Counted from the first letter of the stretch, positions 1 through 13,979 are shown. The stretch is 64,000 bases of DNA from Takakia lepidozioides (GCA_030704615.1 CM060732.1:12214001-12278000), one strand, 5' to 3'. Program-made: numbers and translations. Notes: generated by a model not told the origin, from the letters alone.

Positions 1-40
1 GACGCTGATGCCAAGGCCAGCCTCGTGCGAGTGCTCATGT
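1..40 (+). pseudogene. hAT transposase, upstream part (interrupted by the CACTA element)
   Basis: Frame 1 reads DADAKASLVRVLM and joins in frame to RLAPPNMAERAISEY after the CACTA element and one TSD copy are removed. Confidence 0.75.
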
Positions 41-760
41 CACTACAACAGATGAACGTTTTTATGACTTCACATATAACTATTTTTTCAGTCTTATATG
101 CGTTCATGACTACATCACTCTGTAGTGAAAAAAACCATGTCATAGCGACTAGTCTTTAGGACTGCGTTTTGCAAGTCATATCCGTGACCGCTTGCATGGC
201 ACCTGGAGTCCTACTGCAGAGAGGGTTGCAGTCACAACTATATGACTAATATATGACTACATTGTCTGTTGAGCGCTGCCTACATGGAGAGGCTTCAGCG
301 GGACACGTGCGTCACTGCGCAAGCGACACATCATGCATTCGTCAGGGGATCATATGACTATATGTCTGCAAAGTGAGGCCTACATGGAGAGGCGATGGAT
401 GGACACGTGCTCCACTGCGAATTTGACATGTCACGACTTCTTGCCATGATTATATGACTACATGTCTGCATAGTGATGCCTACATGGATAGGCACTAGCG
501 GGACACGTGTGCTATGGCAGATTTCACACGTGGTGACTACATGACTCGCTCATATGACTATATGGATGTCTATATGGAGAGTTGTTAGCGGGACACCTGT
601 TGTACTTGAGATGTAACATGTGACACACAGACAAAATATATGACTAGCATATATGACTACGGATCTTTATACGTGGTGAAAATTTGGATAAAGAATGTCG
701 TGTCATATACTGCCACGTGTTCTGGTTTGAGCAGGTGTGATGCCACATGTCATCATGATT
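41..760. repeat. CACTA left subterminal repeat region
   Basis: Many (T)ATGACTA(C) motifs in both orientations, plus ~90-bp units 'ctacatggagagg...ggacacgtg'. Confidence 0.85.
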
Positions 761-1218
761 GTTTTTCGAAATAGTTTATATTTTTAATGTTTATATTTTA
801 GTTTTTAGTTTTCATTTAATATTTAAAAATACATGAGGATTGCAGCCTTGGAAAACTTTATTAAATGGTATTATTTTAATAATATTATTTAAAATAAAAG
901 TGGATTAAATGATTTAAATTCTTTATTACATGGTGAAATTCCAACCTGAAAACAGAATGGAACCCTCCTGCATACTATCAACCACAAGGAGAATGAAAAT
1001 AGTCAACTACAGGGGAATACAAGCCCTATAAATCACATTACAAAAATCCAAATGAGACCAATGTCCCAATGGACACCTCAAAGGCCACAAGGTCAAAAAA
1101 TCCATGCCTCAAAAGGCCCAGCAAAAAACAAGCAAGCCCACATATGGGCTGAATTGTTGTAGCTAGTATGTTCTGGTGCTATTAGAATCGAGAATTCTGT
1201 TAAACAGTGCAATACTGA

Positions 1219-4200
1219 CTATCCTTTCCGCGGCTCCATAAGTTTCAGTAACTTTAGACTCCAAAGTGTTGTCTGGCCAACCACCTGCCCCAACTCGGTA
1301 TGTTTCCTAACACCATTCACATATGGTAGAGGGGTGTTACTGACACATGCCTCTTTGATGTACACACAGGCATAATCAAGGGGCACAACGGGGTACCCGT
1401 AACCCACCACAGCACCTTGAAGAGCAACAATCAGCCCTACTCCAACTTTCTTGCGTTTTGAGTTCACATCCAACAGCCGAACCTCGTCACCCACCCTGAA
1501 CTGTGATCCCAATTCCACACAAAAAAAAACACGATGTGAAAACCCATGACATGCACACGACTAGGACACTCAACATTTCCGAATTAAAGAGAGCCCCCAG
1601 GGTGGAAAAAATAAAACAAACAAGACAAGGGCCTTTGCAGTCTCGAGTGGTTGTGAGACCTCTTTTGGGGGGCTACTCGCCGGGTCGACACTCTTGCCCC
1701 TGGTCTGTACCGGCTTGTCGACAATATCACCTTTGTTTGTCACAAGTTCCTGTGTCACAGACCAGAGAACAACCAGGAAAGCAATGAGCAAACAGGAATA
1801 GTGAATAGAAAACAAAATCCAAGTATGAATCAAACAAAAAAAACCAACATGAAAACTTGCAAAATCACCTTGCATTAATCAAGCAACCGAGGAGAAGCAT
1901 CCAGGAAAGCAATGCAATGAGTGAACCCACAAAACTTGTAGCCTCTGGAGCACTGTCAGAATGTTTGTACCTTCACTATAGCAGTGTTGTATGGTTGTTG
2001 TCCGAAAACAGGCTGAGACTCCAAAAACTTGGGAATACTGGTAGCTGTCGATGCCTTCCATAAGAAAGGCCACAACACCTCTGTTTGCCGCCTTTCTTGG
2101 TGTGTCGTCAACAAGAACAGTGTCCTCATAAGTCCATTCTGGCCAGTCTGCCCACACTCTAGACAAGTTCCTGAAATATAATGGCTTTGAATCAAACCCC
2201 TTACGGCATGGAAGGACTGGATCCTCATCACAGTGAAGGGCATCCCACTGGAAAACAAGCTTAGTGTGGGCTGCAAAAATATAGTCCACCATTGGGAAGA
2301 AGTTGCGAGCATGGCAACAAGACCACACCGCCACCTCAAAGTGTTCAAAACACTTTTGCAAAGAGTCATAACAGCGTGGTCTCAAAACTACCATCTTCTT
2401 GCCACACATCTTCCCCACAAAACCTTTGGGAAGGGATGCAGGCCCATTAACAGAATGAAAAGATTCACATAACAGACCAATTTAAGTCCAGAATTAGTAA
2501 ATGCTTCCTCGCTGGTCCAGGAAGTAAACTGTCATTTGGCTTCAACATGTGAGCGGGAGAAATTAAAGCAACCTGCTTGTTTGTTTTGTCCCCGTCTGCA
2601 TCTTCCTCCCCATTTAAACTCCCACATACCTACATACCAGAATCCGGTGTGCCAGGCGGCTCTGTCACCATTGCCCCCTGGACTGCTACTGCCTTTGTAC
2701 GTGGCAAGGGCTGAATTTCCATGTGTACCTCACAGCTCACCTTCCCTGTATCCTGCTGCTGCTCGGTTCCCGCATCTCCGGGTTACTCGCCAGCATCTCA
2801 TGTATCCACAACAGGATCTGCAGGATATTACCCTCCAAACTTAAGATCATCAGTGACAGGAAGACATAAGGGCTTAGAGTGAGCACCAGTTACCGTCTGA
2901 AATTGGGATTCCAAACATTTTGATATTGTCACAGCAGACGCATCCATCGTAGATGTCACTGGTCCTGGGCCTGGTAGATTAATCCCCAATCTGGCCACAA
3001 TGGCTTTCTGGTACTCAATCATGCTCTGCATCTGTAATTTTAAGTCTGCCATGTCATGACCTTGTGATTCCACCACTTTGTTCAAGCCATCCATCTTGCC
3101 ACCTACTGTAGAATATACGAGACTTCCCTCCTGCCAATCCATGAAAACTTGCCCAAGTATGAATCAAACAAAAAAAACCTAGCATGAACAACGACTGGAA
3201 AGAAAACCCAGGCCAAAAGCCTTGAAAAAAACCCTAGCAACCTATGATGAAGCAACCACTCTAGCAAACGTGGAAAACACACTTACCTGCCTGTCACTCC
3301 CAGCCGACAACCGTGACATTGAACCCTCTTGAATTCCATATAATGTAGGAGGGCACCCTGATAGGGTTTCCTGCAAATTAATTAATCCATGCCACAAACA
3401 AACCCATGCCACAAGTCAGTAAGCAATGTGAGGGCTGACTATATACACATAGCAATTCAATGAGGAACAAAATACAGAGTTGTGATGATGCCACTTACCA
3501 AGCGTGCCTCCACCATTGCCTTCCCACCACGGCCAGTCTTGGTAGGATTCTGAATTGCACCATTTGCCTTCTTCATGTTGCCCGACACTTTGTGGAACAC
3601 CTCTGTCTGCCAGTAACTTACAAGCTTGTTCCATACCTCGTCAGATACAGTAATGGGTTTCCCCTTACCACCCAACCACGCAGTGTGTGCTTCATAACGC
3701 TGGCTCTTCATTATTCTGCCAATTGTTTGTTTTAGGTGGAAGTCTTTTAACTTGTGTGGCGTATATGAAAATAGCTTAGCCAGGTGATCTCTGATTTCGT
3801 ATACAAGTTCATGAGGTTGGTTGTTGATGGCAAGGGAACAATCTAGCTTGCGATAAGCCTATCCTTTAAGGGCAGCGTGCCATACATTCCGGGTCTGACC
3901 ATACGGGGCTCCTTTGAGGTTCGTCACAATCACCGTGGGAGGAAGACCTGCAGCTATTCTCTCTTCCTTCACCGTGGCAGCTTCAATTTTGGCTAAGCTA
4001 TTAGCCCTCCTTAAAGCATTGGTTCTATCATTCTTTGAAACGACACCCTCCCCTCCTTCAGAGACCTCCGTGCGCACAGGAGAATTCACAGCAGGATCCT
4101 GCCAAGTATGCCAAGTGGCTGTTGGCCAGAAGGCCGAGGACCATACTAGCCATACTGTCCATAAGCAGGAGGATATTCCGGTGGCCTGCCACCCCCATAG

Positions 4201-5312
4201 CTATTAGGGGGTGGCAAATATGGTGGAGGAGGATACTGCCCATATTGCCCATATGGAGGAGCACTACCATATTGACCCTGACCATACTGTGTGCCAGATT
4301 GTGGGTACTAAGGCATATCATAATAAGGTGGGGTACTGGTGGCATAGAACCCAAAATGATGGGAGAGTTAGGGCCACCTCATGCGTTCTTGTGGGCGCCA
4401 TCTCCATTGCTAGCAGCAGGGATCGTGGATCCTGAACGCTTGTGCTTGCCCTGAAAAGAAATTCCCCTAGTACAATGTGGGTGATTACACATATATATAG
4501 GCAGCAAGCAGCAAATCCTTGAATTCAAGATAACAAACTGGAAGCACATATGATTTGTAAAGACAAGATTACCCAAAACTCAGTATGATCTTGGGCAGTA
4601 AATCTCCCAAATTTGATTGGCCCCAATGATGTCCTCCCAGTACATTTTTAGACCTTCTTAGGTATGGGGTGTTCCTGAAATCCATAGCAAGCTTTCAAAG
4701 GGACAAACCTTATGGGTCCATGAGAAGTATCCCTCCAAGTTTTACTGATATTCTGGGTGCATAAGTAACCCAAGTATCTCTATAAGTAGCCATTGTAGCT
4801 TAGTACCAGGACGTTGGTTTCATGGGGCAAAGAATTTGAACACACCTGAAGTCTACATTGGGCTGACATCATGCGTTTGGCACTTCAACTTGTCTAGTGG
4901 AAATCATTTGTGATTGTGCTTTGGCTGACCCCTGCATTGTCCAACTTCCGTGTCTTGACAGACATACCCTATCTCTTCATGATCTTACCATACCCTATCT
5001 CTTCGTGATTTTTCCAAAACATACATAATTTGAATCATGGTCATTGTGAAGAACTATAACTCACAGACGGAGAAGGTGTTCGTAGTTTAGATGATGGGCG
5101 TTTTTGTCCTGCGACATAAGCCTGGGCATGTTTTCCTCAGCTCGCCGTGGCATCCGCCGACGACGCACTCGCCTCGCACTGGCGTGGGAAGAATCGTCCT
5201 CATCGTCCTCAGAAGAGCCCTCATGCAGAATCGTAGTCTTCATCGTCTTCAGTCTGGCACGTTGCCTTGCAGGACCTTGATCCCTAGCTTTTTCCTTCGG
5301 AGCGCGTGGCAT
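1219..5312 (-). pseudogene. CACTA TnpA-like gene (Transposase_24/Ptta-like and C-terminal Tnp1/En-Spm-like domains), multi-exon, degenerate
   Basis: 3457-3711 EVWNKLVSYW...KVSGNMKKAN...TGRGG resembles Transposase_24. 1219-1518 VRLLD...VGVG...PLPY...LGQVVGQTTLW resembles the Tnp1 C-terminal domain. N-terminal exons are low-complexity (5061-5312, ~4090-4450). In-frame stops and frameshifts are present. Confidence 0.7.
2040..2510 (-). pseudogene. FCP1/NIF (HAD-family CTD-phosphatase-like) domain embedded in the TnpA-like gene
   Basis: KHLLILDLN(fs)GLL motif at ~2475-2507, followed by VLRP..., FEVAVWSC, FQWD..HC, KPLYFRNLSRVW and TVLVDDTPRKA, which are the canonical NIF motifs. Confidence 0.8.
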
Positions 5313-5914
5313 GCGAGGGCGTTTCGCTCCCGCAAGCCTGCACAAACACCTCCATGACCTCCCTCTCAAACAATCACAAACAAATGCAAGCATACATACC
5401 CTAATACTCTTAAGCCTACGCTGAATCACAGCCGCACCCTACCAGGAAGTAATGGCTTCCCACGAATGACGGCGGACATCTCCCGCCTAATGACACACCC
5501 TCCTCAGACCTAGTCATCACTCACTACATGTTGTTTGCCTCTCTGTTTGTACAAGTCGCAGCTACAAGCCCCCATTTGTGCTATGAAGCTTATGAGAGCT
5601 GTAGGAAGGTCAGAGGATAAGGCGAATCGCGTGTTTAGTGGGTGGGTAACCAAAGTCAGGAACTAAACTCACCCATCTATCGACTGCTTGAACGTTGCTT
5701 CCACCTCCTTTATGGCAGCAATCCGGTGCTCTCGGAACTTCTCGTACTCAGTGAGAGGGACTGTCACTTCGAAGACCTTCCGCTTCACCATGGATACTCA
5801 GAAACGGCACTTACAGATGCAGAAGATATAGAAATAACACATTGGCAGCTGGTGCAAAACAAGAGACAATGCATTGTGCGTAGCATGCAAAGAGGGTAGG
5901 GGTGACGTTCAAAG

Positions 5915-8900
5915 CATGTACAGTGCAGGTGGCAACCAGATGCGTAGGCGTAGAATAGATGACCGTCTATGGCGAATGGAAGAAGCTTATGCCACAAGGA
6001 ATGGGCATACAAAAATGCTATGCAACTGCGATGAGTGTCATGGAGGAAAACTATTGTTGTTGGAAACAGTGAGGAATCATTACATGATACACGGGAGGGA
6101 TCCTCTTCTCCGACGCTGTTCTCTTCCGGTACGATCGCCACTTTCCGTTCAGCACTTTAGTTTGAATTTTAAATGCAACGATCCTCTTCTCCACATGTCG
6201 ACATTTCGTTGGGTGATTGTAGTTAAGAAGTCATAAGATACAGACGTGACTATGACTACGTCACTTCCGTTATCACCTTAATTAATGCACATGTCGTGTT
6301 TTCATTGGTCATGTGTAGTCATGTAGTCATATATGACTAACTAAGTGACTGCAACTATGACTTCAATGGCTACAAATGTCGTGTTTTGATTGGGTGTATA
6401 TTCATAACATACATACGTCAATATGACTGCATCACTGCAACGTTACTGTGCCTCCCATGTCATAATATGAACAAGTGTCACATCGTTGTTGGTCCACTCA
6501 CAATATGACTATTGGGGTGCAGGGATGTGAATATTCAAATGATGAAGACGAAGGCCCTGCGGCACAGCGGGAGCCCAATGTCGCAGAGAATGCAGATGAG
6601 GGTGGTGGATTGGAGGTAGAAATCCAGCGTGCATTGCAGGAAGCGTCTCTCTTTGCAGATGTAAACAGAGAGGACCCCATTCATGGTGGACCCGATCACA
6701 CATTTGCCGATCATGACGATGACCTCGACGATTCCGGAGACAATGAATTTGAAGAGAATGCTCACCTGCACGTTGATCCCGAGTATGATAAACTCTTCCG
6801 ACAGTCGCAATGTCCACTTTTTGAAGGGTGCTCGATCAGCCGGCTGCAAGCAACTTTGACCTTGCTGAACGCATGCACTACCCACAAGTGCACCAATGCA
6901 TTTGTGGATGAGCTTCTGGGATTGTTGCGTAAGAGTTTTTTGCCTAAAGAGAATTCATTGCCGAAAACTCACTACGAAGCAAAAACCATGATTGCCAAGA
7001 TGGGATTGTAGTACACCATGATTCATGCCTGTGAGCGTGGTTGTGTACTCTTCCATGGGGAGTATGAGAATGTAGACATTTGCCCAGTGTGCCGCAGTTC
7101 CCGTTACATTCCAGGTCGTGGAAGTGTGCCCAAGAAAGTATTGCGACACTTCCATGTCATTCCAAGGTTGAAACATATGTACCGATGTAAATTGATCGCT
7201 AACCTCATGACATGGCATGACAGACATAAGAGCCAGGATGGGTTGGTTCGACATCCAGCTGATAGAAAAGCATGGAAACACATTGACACCACATTTGAGG
7301 ATTTTGTTGCAGAGCCACGATCTGTGCGATTTGGATTGGCCGTAAATCCCTACGGAGCTCAATCCACCAGTTGGAGCACATGGCCCGTTCTCTTGGTCAA
7401 TTACAATCTGCCTCCGTGGTTAATGACCAAAAAGTTCTTTGTCATGTTAGCGCTACTGATTTCTGGTAAGGAGTCTGTTACCTCGGACAACGTAGATGTT
7501 TACCTGATGCCCCTAGTGGAAGAGCTACTGGAACTATGGAGAGGGATTGCTGCTCATGATGTTTCCCGTCCTCGTGGTCAACACGAATTCACACTGAGGG
7601 CAGTGTTGATGTGGTCAATCCATGACTACCCTGCATATGGCTTGCTCTCAGGTCAAGTGATAAAAAGTTATGCTGGTTGTCCAGCTTGTGGACCCGGGGT
7701 GATTTCACAGCAGTTACACACATGTGGGAAAATTGTTTTCCTGGGCCACCAAAGATTTCTGGCCCGCAATCATCCATATAGAAGGTCAAGAATGTTCAAT
7801 GGCGCTACTGAGTATGGAACTCCTCCAAAAACGCAGACTGGAACACAAATCAAGGAGCTTGCAACAGCTCGCACTGCATGGGTAGAAAACGGAGGGACGC
7901 CAGATAGCAGGACAGACCCAGCAAAAACTCATGGAGTTAAACGATTGTCAATTTTATATGTCTTACCTTATTGGGAGGTAATTCCTTCATGGCCTTTAAA
8001 TTGGCTGTGTACATTTTTGCGTTTTCTGTTTAAATTGTGATGAGTAAATGCTCAATTGCTTACGTGTTCATTTTGTAGGGTCTCCTCATCCGCCACACGT
8101 TTGACGCAATGCATTGCGAGAAGAACTTGGCTGAAAATATTATTAAAACTATCTTTGGTGAGAAAGACACATTGAAAGTTCGCCGTGATTTGGAGCTACT
8201 TGGGATGCGCTCGGAATTGTGGCTACAACGTGATCCTGATAGAGCAGATACGTTAATTATGCCTCCTGCCCCTTATGTCCTCACTGAGGCCGAGTTAAAA
8301 GTTTTTCTGGAGATTATGCAGAACTTAAAAAGTGCCAACAGGCTACGCATCAGCTTTCAAAAAGCATGTGGTGAAGAAGAAATTGTCTGGCATGAAATCA
8401 CATGACTATCATGTGCTCATGCAGAAAATTATACCGCTTGCTATCCGTGGGCTCATGGCAAGTGGTCCTCGCATGGCCATTTTGCGAGTATGTCGTGTAT
8501 TTAAGAAGTTGTGTGCAAAAGTGGTGAATCCTGTGGAGTATGAGGAATTGAGAACTGAAGCAGTTGTCACTCTGTGTCTTATAGAGAGGAGTTCCCACCA
8601 TCATTTTTTGATGTGATGACACATCTGCAGGTTGTTCACCTAGTGGACGAGTTATACTTATGCGGGCCCGTAGCATCTCGTTGGATGTACCCCATGGAGC
8701 GGGCAATGAAAGATATGAAGGGCTACGTAAGAAACATGGTAAGGCACGAGGGGAGCATGGCAGAAGGATACCAACTTGAAGAAGCATTGGGTTTTTGCAC
8801 AGAGTATATGGCAGGATTTGATGGAAGAATACGAAGGGTGTGGGATGCAGATGAGGTAGAATCTGTGGAACGTGAAGTTGTGGAGGGAAGTTCTAAAGCC

Positions 8901-10043
8901 CGAAAATTGAATGACCTGCATGATATTGTACATGAGTATATCATTCACAACCATCCTCGTCTGTCAGTCATGTTGGGGTAAGAATTCTACTTCATTGACA
9001 TTCAGATTTCCAAGTTTTAGTCATTTCTCATTAGTTGGCATATGGTGTCTTTTCATATTTCCCACGCCACCTCTGTCAATCTCCTGGCTGACCCTCGGAT
9101 TGTGACAGGATATATGAAGCAAAGTCCACACGGATAGAAGCCAGACGACGCTTGTTTCGTGAGGAGCAAGGGCTAGAAGGCATGAGCAATCCCACGGCAA
9201 TTCAGTACCCTCCTGATTTGCATCCATGTCCTCCATTTGCTGTTTGGCTCCCTTAAGGTGTATGGGATCATCTCTCAATTCAATCAGATGGGCTTGATCC
9301 TACAACACGTGAGGAATTACTGGATCTTTCAAGGCCTCCATCATTTACTGCCCTGTCATTCAAGAGTATGACAGCGTATGGTAACCATTACAGGGTTACA
9401 TCCCCCGGCATGAACACAACAAGTATGGTGTCTTTTGATTGTGGAGTCTCATATATTTTCCAGCACCAACCCATTACCAACAATTCATGCAATGACATGG
9501 AGGAACCTACAAGATATGTGGGTCTTATAAGGGAGATTTTGCAAATTGACTATGGTCAAACACAACCTATAGTGTTTTTGTGTTCGTGGGTACGGGCGCG
9601 TCGCGTGGGTCGTCAACCTATGTCAATGAAGCAGGATGATGCTGGCTTCACACTGGTCAATTTTAACCGTATGCTTCCACCTTCTGAGCAACCTTTTGTG
9701 TTTCCTGGCCAAGTTGATCAAGTGTTTTTTTCTGATTGTGTGAAGGAGCCGGGGTGGAAAGTCATCCTGGAGAAGAGCCCCCGAGCACGTAGAGTGGTCT
9801 GCGACATATCAATTGATAATGATGATGTGGCGGAAGTGGAAGGATTGTTAGCCCCACAAAGACTAGAGGAGACTCTGGTTACTGATGGCCCAACATGCAG
9901 CCGAGCGGTACTGGTTACTCCAGAGCAGGTGGCCTCCTTGTACCTCTGAGCACCCCGTAGTAGTGGTGATGATGTTCAGTTAACCCTTGGACAAGATCAA
10001 GTCTGTGATGAAGACAGTGATACATGCAGTGACCCAGACATAT
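5915..10043 (+). pseudogene. CACTA TnpD/TNP2 transposase (transposase-associated Zn domain, Transposase_21, DUF4218, DUF4216), frameshifted
   Basis: MLCNCDECH..VRNHYMIHG; IHACERGC..CPVC; HPADRKAWKHID; STWPVLLVNYNLPP; WSIHDYPAYG; MHCEKN; GMKSHDYHVLMQ; WMYPMERAMK; PFVFPGQVDQVFF. Introns at ~6130-6520, ~7978-8078 and ~8978-9108. Confidence 0.93.
6230..6465. repeat. Internal cluster of CACTA subterminal-type motifs in transposase intron 1
   Basis: gtagtcatgtagtcatatatgactaactaagtgactgcaactatgact uses the same ATGACT motif as the termini. Confidence 0.6.
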
Positions 10044-10199
10044 ATGAGGATGATGAAGATTAGATGTGCTAGATTTGTGCACTCCAATTATAGACCATGC
10101 ATGATAGGTTAAGGTGGTAACACTCCCTTCGCATTCCCATTAAGATATCATGCTTGGACAGTGGATTTTATGATCAATTATGGAGTGATTTCCTTTCAG

Positions 10200-12490
10200 C
10201 ACCCTTTATTCATTTGTTATTGCAATTGGCTTTGGACCAACCCGTGCAACTACCATTGCCATGGGTTCTGCCTGCAATGTTTTCTTGCCATGGATTCGGC
10301 ACACGCCACGAAAGGCCATCCAGACCATCCTCTGGAAATGCTCCAATGTTGTTTCAAACATCTCCACATTGCAATGGATACAACACTGACTTTAGATGAG
10401 TGAAAGTGAGACTAGACCTCCAGCCGACTTTCCCACATCAAATTGAAGGGGATCTGTAGAGGATAGATACCGGTTGTTGCCTTCTCAATGTCTTTTCCAA
10501 TCACCTTTGCAATGAACTGGGGTATAAGATCCTTCAAATCACAAGTTTGAGCATCACGCACAAGCCACTTACGGAGTTTCCAATGCGAACCATTGGTCTT
10601 TTATTGATAGCATTGTTGTAAAATACATGGACCACCATGGTCATTTTTGGGAATGACATATAGTACACTTTCATGTACTATGTAAGCACGCAACTATGTA
10701 CCAGTGACGTGGCTTGTTCGCCACTTAACCCGTTTGCCCATTCAGCCATCTCCACATTGCCATGGATTTTGCATGATAGATTGTGAGGCCATCCACACCA
10801 TCCTCTGGAAATGCTATCATGGGGTTTCAGCTATGTCCACATTTCCTTGGATTATGCCTGCACGAAGCAAGGCCAACTGCATTCAGCACCCTCCACTTTA
10901 TTATAGTATTGTAGCAACATTGAAAGCACAATTTGTATCCATCGAGAACATCTAGGCTGGAAAAAGACATTGTTGCAGCAGAACTTAGGAAAGTACTTCT
11001 CCCCTTCCACTACACACGTGAAATGAAAGAAGCCAACCAACAGCATACCAGCCAAGAAAATATGAAACCAGCCAAGAAAAGAGCCAGTATATGCAGTGAA
11101 GGTCGACACTAAATGAAACTTATCCAGCACTTACATTAGAGGAGGGAAGCTGAGTTTTACCTCCATAAGTTGCCCACATCAAATTTGGGAGCTTTCAGAA
11201 TTTTTCCTTTCCGGTTGAGGGTGTTCTATAGAGGATACATACCGGCTGATGTCTTTTCCAATCACCTGTGGAATGAACTTGACTACAAAATCCTTCAAAT
11301 CACAAGTGTAAGCTTCACGCACAACAATCTCCCTCATCCTCCTGCCTATAGCGACAACAAAGACCGTTAATGAAAGAACTATTTCTACTCTCTTGATATT
11401 AAAATGGTTTGTGGCATGATGCCACAAGGCTGCGGCAAAGAATGTTTTTGCACAGAGTACATTATAATTCTCCTGGCCATCCATAGCCGACTGTTGCTTT
11501 GTCAATGTCTTTCCCAATCACCTCTGGAATGAACTTGGCTACAAGATCCTTCAAATCACAAGTTTGAGCTTCACACACAATGAACTTACAGGGATTGAGC
11601 TTCCAATGCGAACCAGAAGTCTTATATTGATAGCATTGTTATGAAACTCATGGACCAACAATGACAGTCTCTGGAATGACATATAGTACAGTTTCATGTA
11701 GTATGTCTGGTACAACTATGTACCAGTGACGTGGCTTCTTTGCCACTTGCCTCCTTTGCCCATTCAGCCATCTCCACATTGCCACGGACTCTGCATGCAC
11801 CACGCAAGGCCATCCACACCATCCTCTGGAAATGCTATAATGGTGTTTCAGCCATCTCCACATTGCAATGGATTCTGTCCGCACCAAGCAAGGCCAACTG
11901 CATTCAGCAGCCTCCACTTTATTATGGTATTGCAGCAACATTGAAAGCACTTCAATTAATATCCAGCAAGAACATGTAGGCTGGAAAACAAAAATTGTTG
12001 CAACAGAACTTACGTTCGTACTCCTCCCCTTCCACTACACATAGGAAATGTAAGCCCCTGGTACCTCAACAGGCTCCCCTTCAAGCTCTTCCAACTCACC
12101 AACATGTCGCTCTATCTTTGCCCACCTCCTCACTGTATGTGATCCCCATGAAAGCAGCCAAGCAACAAGATACCAGCCAAGAAAACAGCCAATGTATGCA
12201 GTGAACGTCGACACTAAACTGAAACTATCCAGCACTTAAATTAGAGGAGGAAAGCGAGTTCTACCTCCATAAGCTTGCCCACATCAACTCTGGGAGCTTT
12301 CACAATATTTACTTTGTGGATGAAGGTGTTCTGTATAGGATACATACTGGCTGATGTCTTCTCAATGTCTTTTCCAATCACCTCTGGAATGAACTTGGCT
12401 ACAAGAACCTTCAAATCACAAGTTTGAGCTTCATGCACAATGATCTCCCTCATCTTCCATCGAAGCAAGTCGAGACATGGTAACACTACT
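10200..12490 (-). pseudogene. RPS3A: Tandemly duplicated (~1.0-1.1 kb unit) captured host fragments: 40S ribosomal protein S3a (eS1) C-terminus and PPR E-motif pieces
   Basis: 12241-12460 [59 protein letters not shown], with further partial copies at ~10415-10565, ~11160-11340 and ~11500-11580. VWMALRGACRVRGNVEMAE (~11760-11825) and similar strings at ~10290-10330 and ~10745-10800. Confidence 0.85.
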
Positions 12491-12600
12491 TACATCAGGC
12501 TGCATCTCGCGAAGGACCTGCATGGAAATACTGGCTGCATACAATGTTTTGTAGTATTCCTGACAAGCAACCACCATTGCAACCGTCATGTTCTATGGAA

Positions 12601-12642
<42 letters not shown>

Positions 12643-13249
12643 CTCTTTCCCACTCACACATGAACCTCAAAAATGGACATCAAAGACCTGAAATGCCTTC
12701 ATTATCCCCAAAAACTATTGGCTGGTGTACTTGAGGTTCTATTTCTTTCAGAGACTACCATTCAACTTCTAAGAATTGCATCATTTTGTCGAAGAGCCTT
12801 AGAAATTGTCTAACATTTTTGAAATTGTGCGTAGCAAGTGCGCTTAATGTGGTTGGGTCGCTTCTTTGTGAAGCCAATGTAGAAAATCCGCAACATGTAA
12901 TTGTTTGTTGTTTTCACATCCACATGTGACTCTATCGGACTCTATCATTTCCGCACCAGCCTCCATCAACTTGTCTGTGGTAAAATTTATTCCCTGCACC
13001 AATCCCAAATCAATTTACAACACGGCCTTTAACCCTGACAACAAAAAAAGCTCACTTTAGAGTGCCAAAAGGCACAGATTTACCTGAGAATAAGCACTTC
13101 AATTTCGCTATGATGTACCGAGTGATAAGAACCCCATACTAGAAGCAGCACTGCACCCACTTAAAATGAGAGTAACCTAAAAGTTAGTGAGGACATTGCG
13201 ACCCTGCACATTCTTGATGAAGTCAGTTTGACAATTCGCAGAGAGAACA

Positions 13250-13700
13250 CATATACTGGCGGCCAGCTTCAACCTTTCCTTTGTAATATCTTCCATTATT
13301 TGACCGCCCAACCTGTGATGACGACAATGCTGCCCATATCCTAACAACATTGCATTCGAAAAGAATTCCCAAAATCAAGATCATGAGGGGAAATGTGAAG
13401 TTCCCTCTGGAACCTTCCACATTGAATGAAGGGATTGACAGCGAAATAAGGACAAAAAGGGGGAGAAAGATGTAGGTTCTGATTGGGATTTCGCATCGGA
13501 CCTGTAGCTTCATGATGGTGATTGGTTATAACTGCTAATGGAAGAGATGTAGACTTGGCAGCAAATATTTAAACGTTTCAATTATAACTTACCAATCTGA
13601 CACCAGATAACCTTTGTCCATCCTATCGAACTCTCCCTTCGAATTCACATCGTCGATGCTTCCATACATGTCCATGAAGGTAGCATTCCGAATTTCTTCA
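13250..13700 (-). pseudogene. Captured, degenerate PLS-class PPR fragments
   Basis: Minus-strand translations IRNATFMDMYGSIDDVNSKGEFDRMDKGYLVSDW (~13590-13693) and SNAMLLGYGQH (~13330-13360) resemble the PPR consensus NALVDMYAKCGSIDDA..FDRM...VSWNAMI.GY.QH. Confidence 0.6.
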
Positions 13701-13979
13701 AGTAGATGCAGTTCTCGCCTGTGATATGATCACCATGCTATCCTGCAATCATCGCATTTGAAGACACGACCCGTCGTTCAGCCTTACTGTCGCACATTCC
13801 CTCTCTGCAAACTCCCCATTCCAAACGGCATCCTTTGCAGACTCTCACTTTACAGACTCAATGAAGAATGCGACTTAGTGCTATACGGTAACTACAAAAT
13901 GCTTTAGCTATATCAAACCAATAGGAAACTAAGCTGATAGGATTTCGGCAAACATGGATGGATGAGCTCATCCAATGGA

